DNA of 64,000 bases from Octopus sinensis (Eukaryota), in assembly GCF_006345805.1 (NCBI RefSeq), contig NC_043004.1, positions 79,422,001 through 79,486,000 of the forward strand, given 5' to 3'. Every line of letters starts with the position of its first letter. The first letter of the stretch is position 1. The position numbers and the translations under genes were made by a program. Below the pieces are notes generated by a model. That model saw only the letters and a program-made list of their open reading frames with translations. It was not told the DNA's origin and made no database searches. Shown piece after piece: positions 24,563 to 38,459 of the stretch.

Positions 24563-25719
24563 AGAGGTGGCCCAGGTAAAGTCAATAGAAAAAGCAGCAA
24601 AGAAGAAGAAAAAGCGGTTGTGATCAATAAAACAAGACTGTGCCAATGAGATGAAAATAACTCAGGTCTGTTGGAATCAATAATTGGACTAACAATCAAA
24701 TTATTTTAGCGATTCGGAAACAAGTTTGAGTTCTGTGACAGAGATGCTGCTGTAATTTGTAATTTTACGCAAGTGAACCTGAAAAAAAAAGAATGTAAAC
24801 CTTAATGTGGCGTCAAGGGTGTTACGCATCTGACAGGGTGTTGGGAAGAAAGAGGCTGATTGATAACACTGACTGAGAGTAAAGATGAAAGCTTGATGTA
24901 GTAAAAGATGTTTGACTGGCCTTCACTGTTTCACACACAGATGAATACAAAATAGCAAGTGGCCAGCCAAGTCAGTACAAGCAAACGAGCAATCTCGAAG
25001 TTTATTAAACCATTAAGTAAAAGGACATTTACATGAGTTATTTAGGAAACACTGGAACGAACTTAGAAAACAAGTTTTCTTACAGACAATATATCACCAT
25101 CATTGTTTTAACGATGGGTTGGTGTCCAAGGATATAGTAAGCTCACTGGCAATAAGGGACCCCAACTCATTGTCAAAGCATCCCTCAAAGAGAAGGCTAA
25201 CTCTGTATAAAACCCGCTGCTCTACAGAGCCAGATATCTTGCACTTTGCTTGTCACTGCACTGCCAGGTATGGCTGGTGTGAGTCATCATAGTGTTGTGC
25301 AAACTGCACTCAACTTGCACAGGTATTGCTGACGTTTAACACTTGTCAGCGATGGTCATGCACATCTAATGAATAGACAGTTGTCATATACATAAATACA
25401 TAAACATCGATACACACATAGATATAGTCTAGCACACTATATATATAAATAGTAACTGATTTATCAAGAGAGAAAAATCACAATTAGCAAAAAGTACGGG
25501 CCAAATCTAATTAACAGTTTTCATAAATAATTTCTATTTTAGCTCCATGAGGAAATATAACCTTGCTTGGAAACAGATGAAAGTTGGTGACAGGAAAGGC
25601 ATCTGTCTATAAAGCATTGCTTCAGAAAGGCTGTCCGACCCATACCAGCATATAAAAGTTGCTGTAAAACACTGATGATTATGATGATCATGAATGACAA
25701 GCTATCTACCACTGATGAT

Positions 25720-25990
25720 CTGAGAGAGAGGGGGAGAGGTTGGGGGAAGAGAGAGAGGTAAGGGGAAGAGAGAGAGATAGGGGAAGAGAGAGAGATAGGG
25801 GGAGATAGAGAGATAAAAAGAAGAGAGGGATAAGGAGAAGAGAGAGAGAGATAAGAAGAGAGAGATAAGGAGAAGAGAGAGATAAGAAGAGAGAGATAAG
25901 GAGAAGAGAGAGAGAGAGAGAAATAAGGGGAAGAGAGAGAGAGAGATAAGGAAAAAGAGAGAGAGAAAGAGATTGGGGGAAGAGAGAGAA
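25720..25990. repeat. Polypurine (GA-rich) low-complexity tract
   Basis: Directly visible. Confidence 0.9.
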
Positions 25991-26155
25991 AGATTTTATG
26001 AAAAGAAATTCAAGCTCCTGTTTTGAAATTCTTGAAAACAAATAAACAAGCTAAATTTTAACGCATCTCCTGAAAAATTCTCTCACCTGAAAGAGTTGAA
26101 GGAATGAATATTTCCTGTAGACTGGTTCTAGAGTAAAGAAACCGAATACACTTAC

Positions 26156-26248
26156 CTTCACTTGCTCAATAAGGATCTGTAAATAAACATCGGACTCTGA
26201 CAACTTCCTCTCAAAATCAGCCATAGAAGGAACAGCTCGGTTGTCATG
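26156..26248 (-). CDS. OSBPL9: OSBPL9/ORP9 internal exon: [31 protein letters not shown]
   Basis: 93 nt, pyrimidine tract with ttgcag acceptor, GTAAGT donor, phase 0-0. Matches recalled ORP9 [26 protein letters not shown]. Confidence 0.93.
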
Positions 26249-26307
26249 CTGCAATTGCAGAAATAGAGAGAAGTGAAAGAAAGAAAGAAAGAAAAAAGAC
26301 ACTAGCA

Positions 26308-26595
26308 GGCACAGGAGTGGCAGTGTGGCAAGTAGCTTGCTTACCAACCATATGGTTCCGGGTTCATTCCCACTGAGTGGCACCTTGGGCAAGTGTCTTC
26401 TGCTATAGCCTCGGTCTGGCCAAAGCCTTGTGAGTGGATTTGGCAGATGGAAACTATAAGTATGTATGTATGTGTGTGTGTGTGTCCCACTGACAACTGG
26501 TGTTGGTGTCTAACGTTTCTGTAACTTAGTGGTTCAGCAAGAGACTAACAGAATAAGTATTAGGTTTAAAAAATAAGTACTAGGTTGATTTGTCC
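26308..26595 (+). mobile_element. tRNA-derived SINE, family B (CORE-like)
   Basis: GGCACAGGAGTGGCAGTGTGGCAAG...GGTTCATTCCC...CCTTGGGCAAGTGTC. Begins about 60 nt from the 26248 splice acceptor. Confidence 0.75.
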
Positions 26596-29500
26596 ATGCG
26601 CATGCATACACACACATACATACATACATACACACACACATAATGCATTTCTTTCAGCTTCTGTCTACCAAATCCACTTATAAGACTGTGGTCAGTGAGA
26701 TTGAAACCAGAATCATGTTGTTGAGAAGTGAACTTCTTACCACACAGCCACACTTATGCCTCTGTGTGGATATATATATATATATATATATAGTGTGTGT
26801 CCCCTGCCACTGCTTGACAACTAGAAAATTGGTGTTGGTTTGTTTAATGGTTTGGCAAAAGAAAGTGATAAAATAAGATGAGTAACAAAATCTAAAAATA
26901 TGTACTGGGGTTTGATTTGTTCATTAGCTTCACTCATCACCGAATCATACATTCCACTTGTTTATCTCCTGTTCGTATTAGAATCAAATTTTTTTTTTAA
27001 AAATGAGTTTTGGGGACCTATTTCTGAGTCATACAATTAATGTTTACAACGCACATGTGGCCTCTGGACATCAAACTGCTTACAGCTGCTGTAGAGCATA
27101 TAGTTTAGTAGGTCTCTAATGTACACCCACACACTCTCAAGCACAACTGGAAGGACAGCTGGCAAAATAAGATAAATAAATATTTTTAAAATGTATTTAG
27201 ATATGAACAACATAACCTAGATATATTTTACTCAAAGATTGGCCCAGATTATGTCTAACCACCTGATAGGATCTTTTAAGTTAAGTTTTGTGGTATCATG
27301 GCCCATTGGAGTAGCGAGTTGTTGACCAAGATGTATGCAGGTATGGGCAGCTTATCAGGTGTCCCTACAAAAAAAATTGTCCCAAAAAATTTCATTTGAA
27401 GGTGATGGGGTCAACAAACATTAACCCTGTCATAACACACGTCTCAAAGCAGTAGGTTAAGTATTTCAATTTATTGCGAAATACAATCATCATTTACAGC
27501 AGATTCATGAAATATCCTAACTTTGTACACGGTGACCCTGCCAGTGCTGGTGCCACATAAAAAGCACCTAGAACACTCTGTAAAGTGGATGGTGTTAAGA
27601 AGGGCATCCACCATAGAAACCTTTCCAAAAACAGCCGTTGGAACCTGGTGCAGCTCCTGGCCTTACCAGTTCCTATCAAATTATTCAATTCGTGCCAGCA
27701 TGGAAAACGGACATTAAATGTTGATGATGGTGATGATGATGATGTTGAAACATGACTATGTGGTTGAGAAGCATGCTTCCCAACCATGTGGTATTGGGTT
27801 CAGTCCCACTATATGGCATCTTGGGTAAGTGTCTTCTATTATAGCCCCAGATCGACCAAAATCTTGGAAGTGGATTTGGGAGATGGAAACTTGTGTGTGT
27901 GTGTGTGTGTGTACCCATGCCAAGATATCATGTGATAGTTGTAAAGGAGCATCACTGTCATACAAGTGAGGTTGTTCATTTTGAATCTTATACGAAAAAT
28001 TGTCTAGTTATGGGGAAAAATATAACTTCCCTTGGAAACAGGTGAGGGTTGGTGACAGGAAGGGCACCTGGTCATAGGAATCTACCTCAACAAATTCTGT
28101 CTGACCCATGTAAGTGTGGAAAAGTGGACATTAAAACAGTAATGTCAGAACTTGGGCTGTCTGTCAGTTTTGCAGTGTAAGTTGTGTATAGTTACCAGAA
28201 CTTAGAGAAGAGACCTAGAGTCAAGGAAATGGCATTTCTTTGGGACAATCTTTCAAAAATACATTACATTTGAAAGATAACCTACCCTTACCATAACTAT
28301 AAAAATACAATTACAGTTATTCCAGACAAACAAATACCATTTCTCTAAGACCAATTCTCTCTCTCTCTCTTTGACAAGAAACTAGTTCTCATTTTCATTA
28401 TTCTAGATTCTCTTGAGAAAAGTTCTATAAATTCTTAAAGTGAAGAAAGTTAGATGGAGGATAATGGAAGTCAAAATGGAGATAGATACATGACCTACTT
28501 CGTTTGGTGCCATGTAAAAAGCACTCTTGCTAGTGTCACATACAAAGCACCAGTGCCGGTTCCACGTATAAAGCACTGCTGTTGGTTCCACTTAAAAAGC
28601 ACCCAGTCCACTCTGTAAAGTGGTTAGCATTGGAAAGGACATCCAACAGTAGAAACCATGCCAAAACAGACAAGTGGGGTCTAGTGCAGACCCCTGGCTT
28701 TCCAGCCCCTATCAAACTGTCCAACCCATGCCAGCAAGAAAAACAGACATTATAATTACTTTTAAACTCTATTTAGGGTCATTTCATTTATTAAGAACAA
28801 GCAGAAAACCCTTATCACCCTACTTAAGCATCTGTTTTAAGGTGTTACATATCCATTTACTCATATTCACCACTGACCATGTGACCACCATGTTCACCTT
28901 TATCCCCATCTCTATCCACCTGCCACACCCTTTTTCACTCACCCTATCCAATCCTCAATTCCACTTCTCTCATATTGACCATCCTGTGCCTTAAAGGTTT
29001 GCCCTGACACCTCATCATTACCGTCTTCTCTCTTTCCCCAACTGGGATAGCCATGTATATCCTCCATAATAAGACACTTGTCCCTATCCCTCTCAACACT
29101 TGGCATAAAAACACCTTCTCCAATACTTGTTGTATAGTGAAACTGTATAACCTTCCCGGTAAAAAGTGGTAGGATCCAGCCATTATAAATAGACCAGTAG
29201 CCGGTCATCAAAAGAGGGTCGAGAGTCAATGAGTTGAGAGTTGATAGTTCTAGTCAGAATCTTGTGGACCTATCAACAATAGTAAGACAGAAGAAATTAG
29301 TGTTTTACTATTCTGGTATGAAGAAATACAACGGTATCCGATGACTAGTAACTATTGTGGCTACTAGCGTAAAACAGCAACTACAGCACAACGGCAATCA
29401 CGCATCACACCAGTAGGAGAAACCCACTTTACAACAATACTACAAACCCCACTCAATTGAGGAGGTCTTGTTTTCCAAGTTACTTGGTGACCTCAGTGTT

Positions 29501-32500
29501 GGTGCCACAAAAAAAGGCACCCTACATACTGCAAAGAGGTTGGCATTAGGAAGGACACACTGGCATAAAGTATGAGCTAAAGCAGAGGTAAGAGATCGAT
29601 GCAGTCCACTGGCTTGTTGGTTCTGATGAAACAGTCTAATCCATGCCAGCATTAAAAAAAATGGTAAATATTATTACATTTTATATATATTGCTTTATCT
29701 TTTAGTGTCAGGAGGGAAAGCAGTAACCATGACCCTTAACCAGCACTTCAAAACTAATAGGAGAGAGATACTCAAATTGGAGGCTTGGGCTGAATGCTTG
29801 AGACAGGAAGGGATCTGCTAAAGGTACAGAAGGTGCCAGATGGTGGTGGTTTTAACTGAACGACAAAATAAGTTTCTTTTATCAAAAGATATTTTCTAAA
29901 CTCACATCAAAGAAACCAAAACAATTCTACTAACTTATCAAGATCAGATGAATGAGGGGGAAAATATGTAATCAACCAAGATGGAGATTCCTCTTTGACA
30001 AATAACAATTAATTGTTACAGGTTTTTAATTTTTTTGTTTAACAGGCTTATAAGGGCTGCTTTCTGTTACACCATCAAAAGTCTGTTAGAACTAAATGGT
30101 GATTGTTGATCCATGATGATAGTGCTGATTTTATTGATGATGGTGGTGGGTGTCAATGATGGTGACGACGTTGATGACAGTAAAGATGATGGTGACAACA
30201 GGCGGTGATGATGAGGAATTCAATGCAAAAAGCACATATTAATTACATGCACCCTTAAAGAATTTAGATCAATCCGTTCCTATTTGATTTAAAAAGCACC
30301 CACCATTACCACCACCACCACCACTGCCGCACTAAAAGAAGTCAAACTACACAAGGCAACTTTTGAAGTATCTTTATTTTGAAGAAAAACTAATTCTTTC
30401 CCTCTACCCCTTAATTTCCTATCAAACAAGAAAATCTAAATTCAATATTGCAAAATTAAATATTGAAATTCCAAACTGTCATTGATTTCTTTCAATCAGT
30501 CACATCATCATATTTTGAAAATGATTGATGCAGTTGGCCACTGAATCAACACTTTTACAAAATTCCTCTTTCAACAGGAAATGGTCAGTGACTGGTTATC
30601 CACCTCCACCCTGCTACAACCCAGGAATTGGCACAGAACCACCTTAATGTCAAGAGTGGAGTGGTAAGAAACTCCCAAGAGAGAGTTGAACAGCAGATCT
30701 TCAGAGAAGAATCCCACCACCCTCTGACAAGTGTTTTGGCCCTTCTTTACATTCTAAGGGCTCTGTACTGTGTCCAGGTTATGATTCCTGGGAGCTCTTC
30801 TGCTGACACTTTTTAGCTCCATGGATATCGGAGACTTGGCCACTTAAACTCCTTGGAGATTTCATCTAGTTGGAACTCCTCTCCTTTGAATCAACTCTCA
30901 AACTTATTACTTTAAGAAATAACCTTGGTCATGTTTCACATCGATCAACCCCACTGGCGTATGAAGGGGTCAAGACTGCCTCTCCACACCTCTCGGCTGC
31001 ATGATTATCCGCTGCTTCAACCACCCAACCATTTTCGATTTATTTTGGGCCTTTGGGGGGTGGGGTGGATTTTCGATCAATGGACTACAACCATGCTGGA
31101 GCACTGTCTGGTATCTATGTGTTTTTTTGCTTAACGGCTGGATTACGATAACGTAAACAAACCAATATCGGTTGTCAAGTGATGTGGCGGGAATAAAGAC
31201 ACACACACAAGAGGCACTTAAGCAAGGTGCCACGCAGTGGGATTGAACCCGAAACCACATGGTTGCAAAAGAGCTTCTTAACCACACAGACATGCTTGTA
31301 GACAAAGAAAAGATAGAAGCCGACTCGAGTCAGGTTTGAACTCGGAAAAAAAAAAGAAAAGAAAAGAAAAAAAGAGTCGACGCTGTAGGAGAGATTACAG
31401 TGAATTATAATACCCTCACCTTCACAAACTCACACCATTCGAAGTAAAATTAACTCAGCTTTTTTAACAATGAAAGAAGAAAATAATTTTTTTTTTAATC
31501 AAACGATGAATGAAGGCAGATTCACGCTTAGAAAAAAATAGTTGGTGGGATGGCAGCTTGTTTTATTCAATATGAATGGAAACAAAACTCAAATGTAACG
31601 ATGTAATAGCTGACACTAAAAATAATGCAAGTTCATGTCTATCTACACACATACATCCACAGAGAGGTAGACAGACAGAAAGATAGGTATACAGATAGAG
31701 ATAGTATTTGTGTTGCGCAGTAAAAAATATCTTTTTTTTTTTAAATTAGGTAAATGAATTAAAATGCAAAACAAAGCAAAAACATTTCGACAATGTTTCA
31801 AGTAGTAACGAAGACGACGATCTGGGAAAACGAAATGAAAAGAAAAAGGAGTAAATAATAATAGACTGCCAGACTTGGAAAAAGAAAGCAACAAAGACAG
31901 AAAGAAAGAAAGACTTGTGAACGTCATTTATTCGCTGCTTAAAAGCACAGTCAGTGTGTATCGTTGGAGAGAGTGAATGACATGTATAGACAGAGTGTCT
32001 TGTCAGTGACACGTCTCGTTGTAAATTGATGTATCATTGAGAAAAGACGGTCGAGTCAGTAGCTGAAGATCCAGCTGGTTTTTTATTGGCTGTTCTCATC
32101 TTTAATTCACAAATGTTGATCAATCAATCTATCTGTCTATCTATCTATCTGTCTGTCTGTCTGTCTATCTTTCTACCTACCAACCTACCATCATCTCAAA
32201 TCTATCATTATATATATATATATATATATATATTTCATTCATGTAACCTTTTCAGACATCAACGATGATGACACGTGGTAAAATTATCATTTGTTTAAAC
32301 TTCACTACATTAAGTCGACATAAAATCATGTACATTTGTCTTTTACCACACACACACACACACCACCTGTCATATTCCTTTCAGTATAGCAAATAACTTT
32401 CAATTCATGAAAGTGTCTCCAGATTTGTGGGCCACAGGAAAAAAAAAAGGACAAACCCACTACTGATGTAGTAAACACTACCACTTCGTAAACATGCCCG

Positions 32501-33918
32501 CGGACAGCGAGAGAGAGAGAGGGAGGGAGTGAGTGAGTGAGTGAGAGAGAAAGAACAAGCAAGATAACTCAACGAGTGTATGTCTGTGTATCACGTGATC
32601 GACCAGACTATCGGATGTTGTTATACATCGCTGGCCACAATGCCCTTTTGCATAGTTTATTTTTTTTAGCTTTCGAATAACGCCATCCCGCTGGCCAAAC
32701 AAGCAGACCAATGTATAAGCATTACATATATCAGAAAGCATTAAAATACTAAAAATTATTAAGCTGTAAAAAAAATAAAATAAAATAAAAAATTCCATTG
32801 AATATTAAAATTATTTTGGTAATCACAGCCAAATAAATCTGGATAAGTTTCAATCTTATGAATTCATCAGCGAGAAACTTCTACAATAACGTAAGTCAAG
32901 AATCAATAAGGTTTCCCCCGCAACCCCCAATGTTTCCTGTCTAAGATGTTAACACAGTTTTTATGCAGATGACGTCCCTGAATTATTTGAATACTTAAAA
33001 ACAAAGCTATAAAAACGCTATAAATTCTTGTTTAACCAGAGGCCAAGGCATTCCAGCTGTGACCATCTGATCTTATTTTTAGATATGCTACATGTGGCTA
33101 CATTATATATAGTGCAAAGCAACCTTGTAGCTTTAGAAATAGCAGTCGAATCTCTTTTAAATCACACCTTACAATCTCAAAATGAAGGAACTCATGAATT
33201 GGTGCAATCCTTGCTCTATCACTATTAAGACAAGCCAAAAAGTTCAAATTAATAAAAGACTATTTTAGTTAAAAAAAACGACCAAACAACAAATAGCGAT
33301 TTATCCAGTCTGGTGTTTGTGTCATACAAGCGTTTATCACTGTATTCCAATGATGTACAGATGTCTCTTTATGGTGGCCACATTTGTAATTCCATCAACT
33401 GAAAGTCCTACAGCAATAGAAGAGGGCACTATGTGGAGACTAACCAGTTGGAAGTGCACAGTAGGTTACAATTTTTATAGGTCACCTATACTTCAAACCA
33501 TGCAGGTCCGCAATGGGACTGAGAGATCATGGATGGAAAGTTGGAAATGCCATTGGACACCTGTGCCAGTGGAACGTTAGAAGCATCATTCAAACATGAT
33601 CATTGCTAGGGCTGCTGACTGGCTCCTGTGCAGGTGGCACGTAAAAAGTACCATCTGAGCATGGCTGTTGCCAGTACTGCCTGACAGACTCTTGTGCTGG
33701 TGGCATGTAAAAAGTACCCACTACACTCTCTGAGCGGTTGGCGTTAGGAAGGGCGTGCATCTGTAGAAACTTTGCCAGATCAGATTGGAGACTGGTGCAG
33801 TCCTCTGGCTCACTGGCCCTTAGTCAAAACGTCAAACCCATACCAGCATGGAAAGCGGACATTAAAAGATGATGATGATGGAGATGACAATCAACTGAGA
33901 TGGAGCAATCACCATACG

Positions 33919-33952
<34 letters not shown>

Positions 33953-34011
33953 TATATATATATTCCAATGATGTACAGATGTCTCTTTATGGTGACCACA
34001 TTTGTCATTCT

Positions 34012-34308
34012 GGATCTTTTCGCTTTGACCAGCAGATTTCATATGACAATTTCATATGACACCGGAAATTACTGTTGTTGACAACACTCTGGAGATATTG
34101 AATTCACCTCAATAGACGTCATTGACGGGTTGAAATTGCCAAAATGCAAGAAAATAAACAAGAAATAGCTTACAAACTACAGAATTTTCTCAAGAAAGCC
34201 AAGAGAAAAAGATGTTTTATAAATACATTCTACCAGTATACAAAGTTTAAAAGTGTTTAGTTACAAAGTAATTATTTTAAAAATCTGCCGGTCAAAGCGA
34301 AAAGATCA
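34012..34308. mobile_element. MITE with ~28-bp TIRs and 8-bp target duplication (Merlin-like)
   Basis: GATCTTTTCGCTTTGACC(A/G)GCAGATTT inverted at 34013-34039 and 34281-34307. Flanks GTCATTCT / GTCATTCC. Confidence 0.8.
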
Positions 34309-34455
34309 GTCATTCCATCAATAAACTTCTATGGTAATAGAAGAGGGCAATGCGTGGGGACCTGACCAGTTGGAAGCGCACACTAAGTTACAACTTTTGT
34401 GTACGTGTGTTTGTATATATATATATATATATATATATACACGAAGGCGCATGAA

Positions 34456-34787
34456 GGCGCATGGCTCAGTGGTTAGAGCGTCGAGCTTACGATCGTGAGC
34501 TCGAATCCCGGACCGGGCTGCGTGTTGTGTTCTTGAGCAAGGCACTTTATTTCACGTTGCTCCAGTTCACTCAGCTGTAGAAATGAGTTGCGACGTCACA
34601 GGTGCCAAGCTGTATCGACCTTTGTCTTTCCCTTGGATAACACTGGTGGCGTGGGGAGGGGAGGCTGGTATGCATGGGCGACTGCTGGTCTTCCATAAAA
34701 CAACCTTGCCCAGACTTGTATCTAGGAAGGTAACTTTCTAGGTGCAATCCCATGGTCATTCATGACCGAAGGGGGTCTTTACCCTTT
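34456..34787 (+). mobile_element. tRNA-derived SINE, family D
   Basis: GGCGCATGGCTCAGTGGTTAGAGCG A-box, TCGAATCCC B-box, then GTGTTCTTGAGCAAGGCACTT domain. A second copy lies at about 59015-59285. Confidence 0.8.
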
Positions 34788-35348
34788 TTTATATATACAC
34801 ACACACACACACATATATAATATATTCCAGTGCCGCCCGACTGGCTCCCCATGCTGGTGACATGTAAAAACCACCATCTGAATGTGGTTGATGCTAGCCC
34901 ACATGTCCCGACAGGCTCATGCCAGTAGCACGTAAAATGCACCATCCAAATATGGCTGATGCTAGTGCCGCCTGACTGACTCCTGTGCCGGTGACATGTA
35001 AAAAGCACTCACTACACTCTTGCAGAGGTTGGAATTAGGAAGGGCATCCAGCTGCAGAAACATTGCCAGATCAGAATGGTGCCTGGTGCAGCCTCCTGGC
35101 TTGCCAGTCCTCAGTCAAACCATCCAACCCATGCCAGCATGGAAAATGTACGTTAAACGATGATGATGATATATATATATATATAGGTGCAAGAGTGGCT
35201 GTGTAGTAAGTAGCTTGCTTACCAACCTCATGGTCCCAGCTTAAGTTCCACTGTGTGGAAACTTGGACAAGCGTTTTCTACTAAAACCTCAGGCCGACCA
35301 AATCCTTGTGAGTGGATTTTGTAGACGGAAACTGAAAGAATCCCATCG

Positions 35349-35400
<52 letters not shown>

Positions 35401-36062
35401 TTATTTACATTTGACGAATATTTGGCCTCATCTTGCCTGTTGTTAACACAATATTTTGGCTGATAGACCCTCCAGCCTTCATCAGGTTTCTTGGGCAAAT
35501 TTCGAACCTGGTATCTTTTGATATTATTATTATTACTATTATTATTATTCAGATCACTGCCTGGTAGGATAGGAAAATATTAGATTTATAAGCCCTAAAA
35601 TTCACTCTATAATTGCCCACAGGCATATGGTATAGTGGTTAAGAGCGCAGGCTACTAACCCCAAGTTTCCGAGTTCAATTCCTGGCAGTGACCTCATTAT
35701 CATCATTAACGTCCGCTTGGACGATTTTGACTGAGGGCTGGTGAACCAGATGGCTGCACCAGGCTCCAATCTTGATTTGGCAGAGTTTCTACAGCTTGAT
35801 GCCCTTCTTAATGCCAACCACTCCGAGAGTGTAGTGGGTGCTTTTTACGTGCCACCGGCACAAGGGCCAGTCAGGTGGTACTGGTAATGACCTTGCTCGA
35901 ATCTTTTTACACACCTAAATGATAATAATAATAATAATAATAACAACATGAAGGGAGGGTATATCAGCTGAAATATGTTAACAACAAACAAGATGAGGAC
36001 AAATATCCATCAAATGTAAATAATGTACATAATTCCTCTGTAAATAATGTACATAATAGAAC

Positions 36063-36093
<31 letters not shown>

Positions 36094-36137
36094 CATCAAC
36101 GTTATTTAGCGTCCGCTTTCCATGCAAGCATATACAT

Positions 36138-36170
<33 letters not shown>

Positions 36171-36672
36171 CATATATAAAGAGAGAGAGAGAAAGATATG
36201 TGTGTGTGTATGTCTGTGTTTGTCTCCCCACCATTGCTTGACAAGTGATGTTGGTGTGTTTACGTCCCCCGTAACTTAGCAGTTCAGCAAAAGAAACTGA
36301 TAAAGTACTAGGCTTACAAAGAAGTAGTTGTGGGGTTTATTTGTTCGGCTAAAGGTGGTGCTCCAGCATGGTTGCAGTCCAATGACTGAAACCAGTCAAA
36401 GAATATTATACTGTTAAGTCTGCGCTCTTTCAATGCAAATCTCACCAGCAGCTGCTTGTGTCTTTATTCTGATATCACTCGAAGAAACAATAAATATTTC
36501 ATGAAACATCAACTCCACTGCAATCTTAATTAGTGCACAGAGAGAACATTTCCTCTCACAAGTCGGCATTTTTATTTCATCCGAATTTTTTCGACTTGTT
36601 TCAGTCATTCGACTGAGGCCATCCTGGGGCACCCCTTGAAGGGTTTTACCCAAGTACTTATCCTTTTTAAAG

Positions 36673-36792
36673 CAGTGTTTCTCAACCTTTTTACCCTTTG
36701 CTTAACCCTTAAAATAAATTACACGTCTCAAGGAACCTCTGAAATTATAGACCACATCATACTCAGTTTTTTCATCATAGTTCACATGGTAA

Positions 36793-36823
<31 letters not shown>

Positions 36824-37007
36824 ATACACACATATATATGTATGGTTGTTATATTTTTTTGATAACATAATAGGTTAGATAGGATGATGTCTATATTACA
36901 ATAACCAATAACATGTTGTGCATGTATGGTAATATTACAATCATGAAATTAGCATTGGCTTATCTCACTCTTTCTCACAGAACCCCTAGGAACCTTTTGC
37001 AGAAACC
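36673..37007. mobile_element. hAT-like MITE fragment inserted in a family-B SINE
   Basis: Starts with CAGTGTTTCTCAACCTTTT. Host SINE sequence resumes at AAGCCTGGTACTT. The right TIR is missing. Confidence 0.5.
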
Positions 37008-37964
37008 AAGCCTGGTACTTACTTCATTGGTAACTTTTGTCGAACTACTAAGTTATAGGGACATATACAAACCAATACTAGTTGTCAAGTAGTGAGACGG
37101 GTGAGGACGAGGCAAACACGAAGACATGCACACAGATACACACACATACATATACACACACATGTACACATATACATATACACACAACACATACACACAT
37201 ACATACACATCACATACACACATACATACACATCACATACACACACACATAACATATACACATGCATGCGACAGGCTTCTTTCAGTTTCCACCTGTCAAA
37301 TCCACTCAGAAGGCTTTGGTCAACCCAGGGCAGTAGCAGAAGACATTTGCCCAAAGTGCCCCGCAGTGGGACTGAACCCAGATCTATATGGTAGGGAAGC
37401 TTTGTTTCTTTCAACAATTCTTCAACATACCATGAGACATGAAAAAAAAAAACAAGAGGAAAATATTTCTCAACTTGTGCTATTCCAACGCTGTACCATT
37501 AGTCCATTAGTCCAATGTACTGCAGCCTGCAGTTTACAAAAACAGGTTTTTTACTCATCACCAGCTTTCATCACTGATCTACATCCTGTTTAAATATAGC
37601 ATCCTTTCTTAAATTCACCTGTTATTTCATTTGGAAGGAAACACTACATCTGCTGATCTGAAGAATCCAAAGAACCCTTAATACCATGACAGCTCTATTA
37701 TGGAGATGATGGCGGCAGTGGTATTGGTGGTAGAAGGAACTGGTCTGTTAATTAGGCTCTCCAAGAAATTAATTTCCTCTGCGATTCCACCATCCCCTTG
37801 AAAGACTGCCATGTACACATTAACCCTTTTGATAACAACCTGGTTCAGATTGCCCCCAGTTCTATTATTCAAACTCCTTGTTTTAATGTAATCTAAATTA
37901 AAACCTCCCATCACAGTTTCAGGCTAACTTCTGTTTCAAACACCAGCTTAATAATAATAATAAT

Positions 37965-38408
37965 AGTTTCAAATTTTGGCACAAGGCCAGCAATTTCAGG
38001 AGAGTGGGTACGTTGATTACATTGACCCCAGTGCACAACTGGTACCTATTTTATCAACCATGAAAGGATCAAAGGCAAAGTTGACCTCAGTGGGATTTGA
38101 ACTTGGAATGTAAAGGCGGAAACAACGCTGCAAAGCATTTTGCCCGATGTGCTAATGAATCTGCCAGCTTGCCACCTTGCAGTAATAACGGGTTTCAAAT
38201 TTTGGCACAAGGCCAGCAATTTCAGGGGAGGGGGGTTGTCAATTACATTGACCCCAGAACTCAATCGGTTACTTATTTTATTGACCCCATAAAGCTGAAA
38301 GGTAAAGTTGACCTCAGCAGAATTCGAACTGAGAATGTAAAGCCAGATGAAATACCACAAAGCATTTTGCCTAGCACCCTAACGATCCTACCAGCAGCAC
38401 CACCTTAA
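37965..38408 (-). mobile_element. Two tandem family-A SINE copies
   Basis: Repeated GTTTCAAATTTTGGCACAAGGCCAGCAATTTCAGG...AAAGTTGACCTCAG blocks at 37966 and 38192. Confidence 0.75.
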
Positions 38409-38459
38409 AATACCACCTTAATAATATCAAAGTTATTTTACTAAATTCTTCATTCATTA

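Noticed and set aside
34456-34520. tRNA genes at SINE heads (also 35620-35690, 51610-51683, 59015-59085)
   Set aside because: A/B boxes are present but the cloverleaves are incomplete and most continue into multi-copy SINE bodies.
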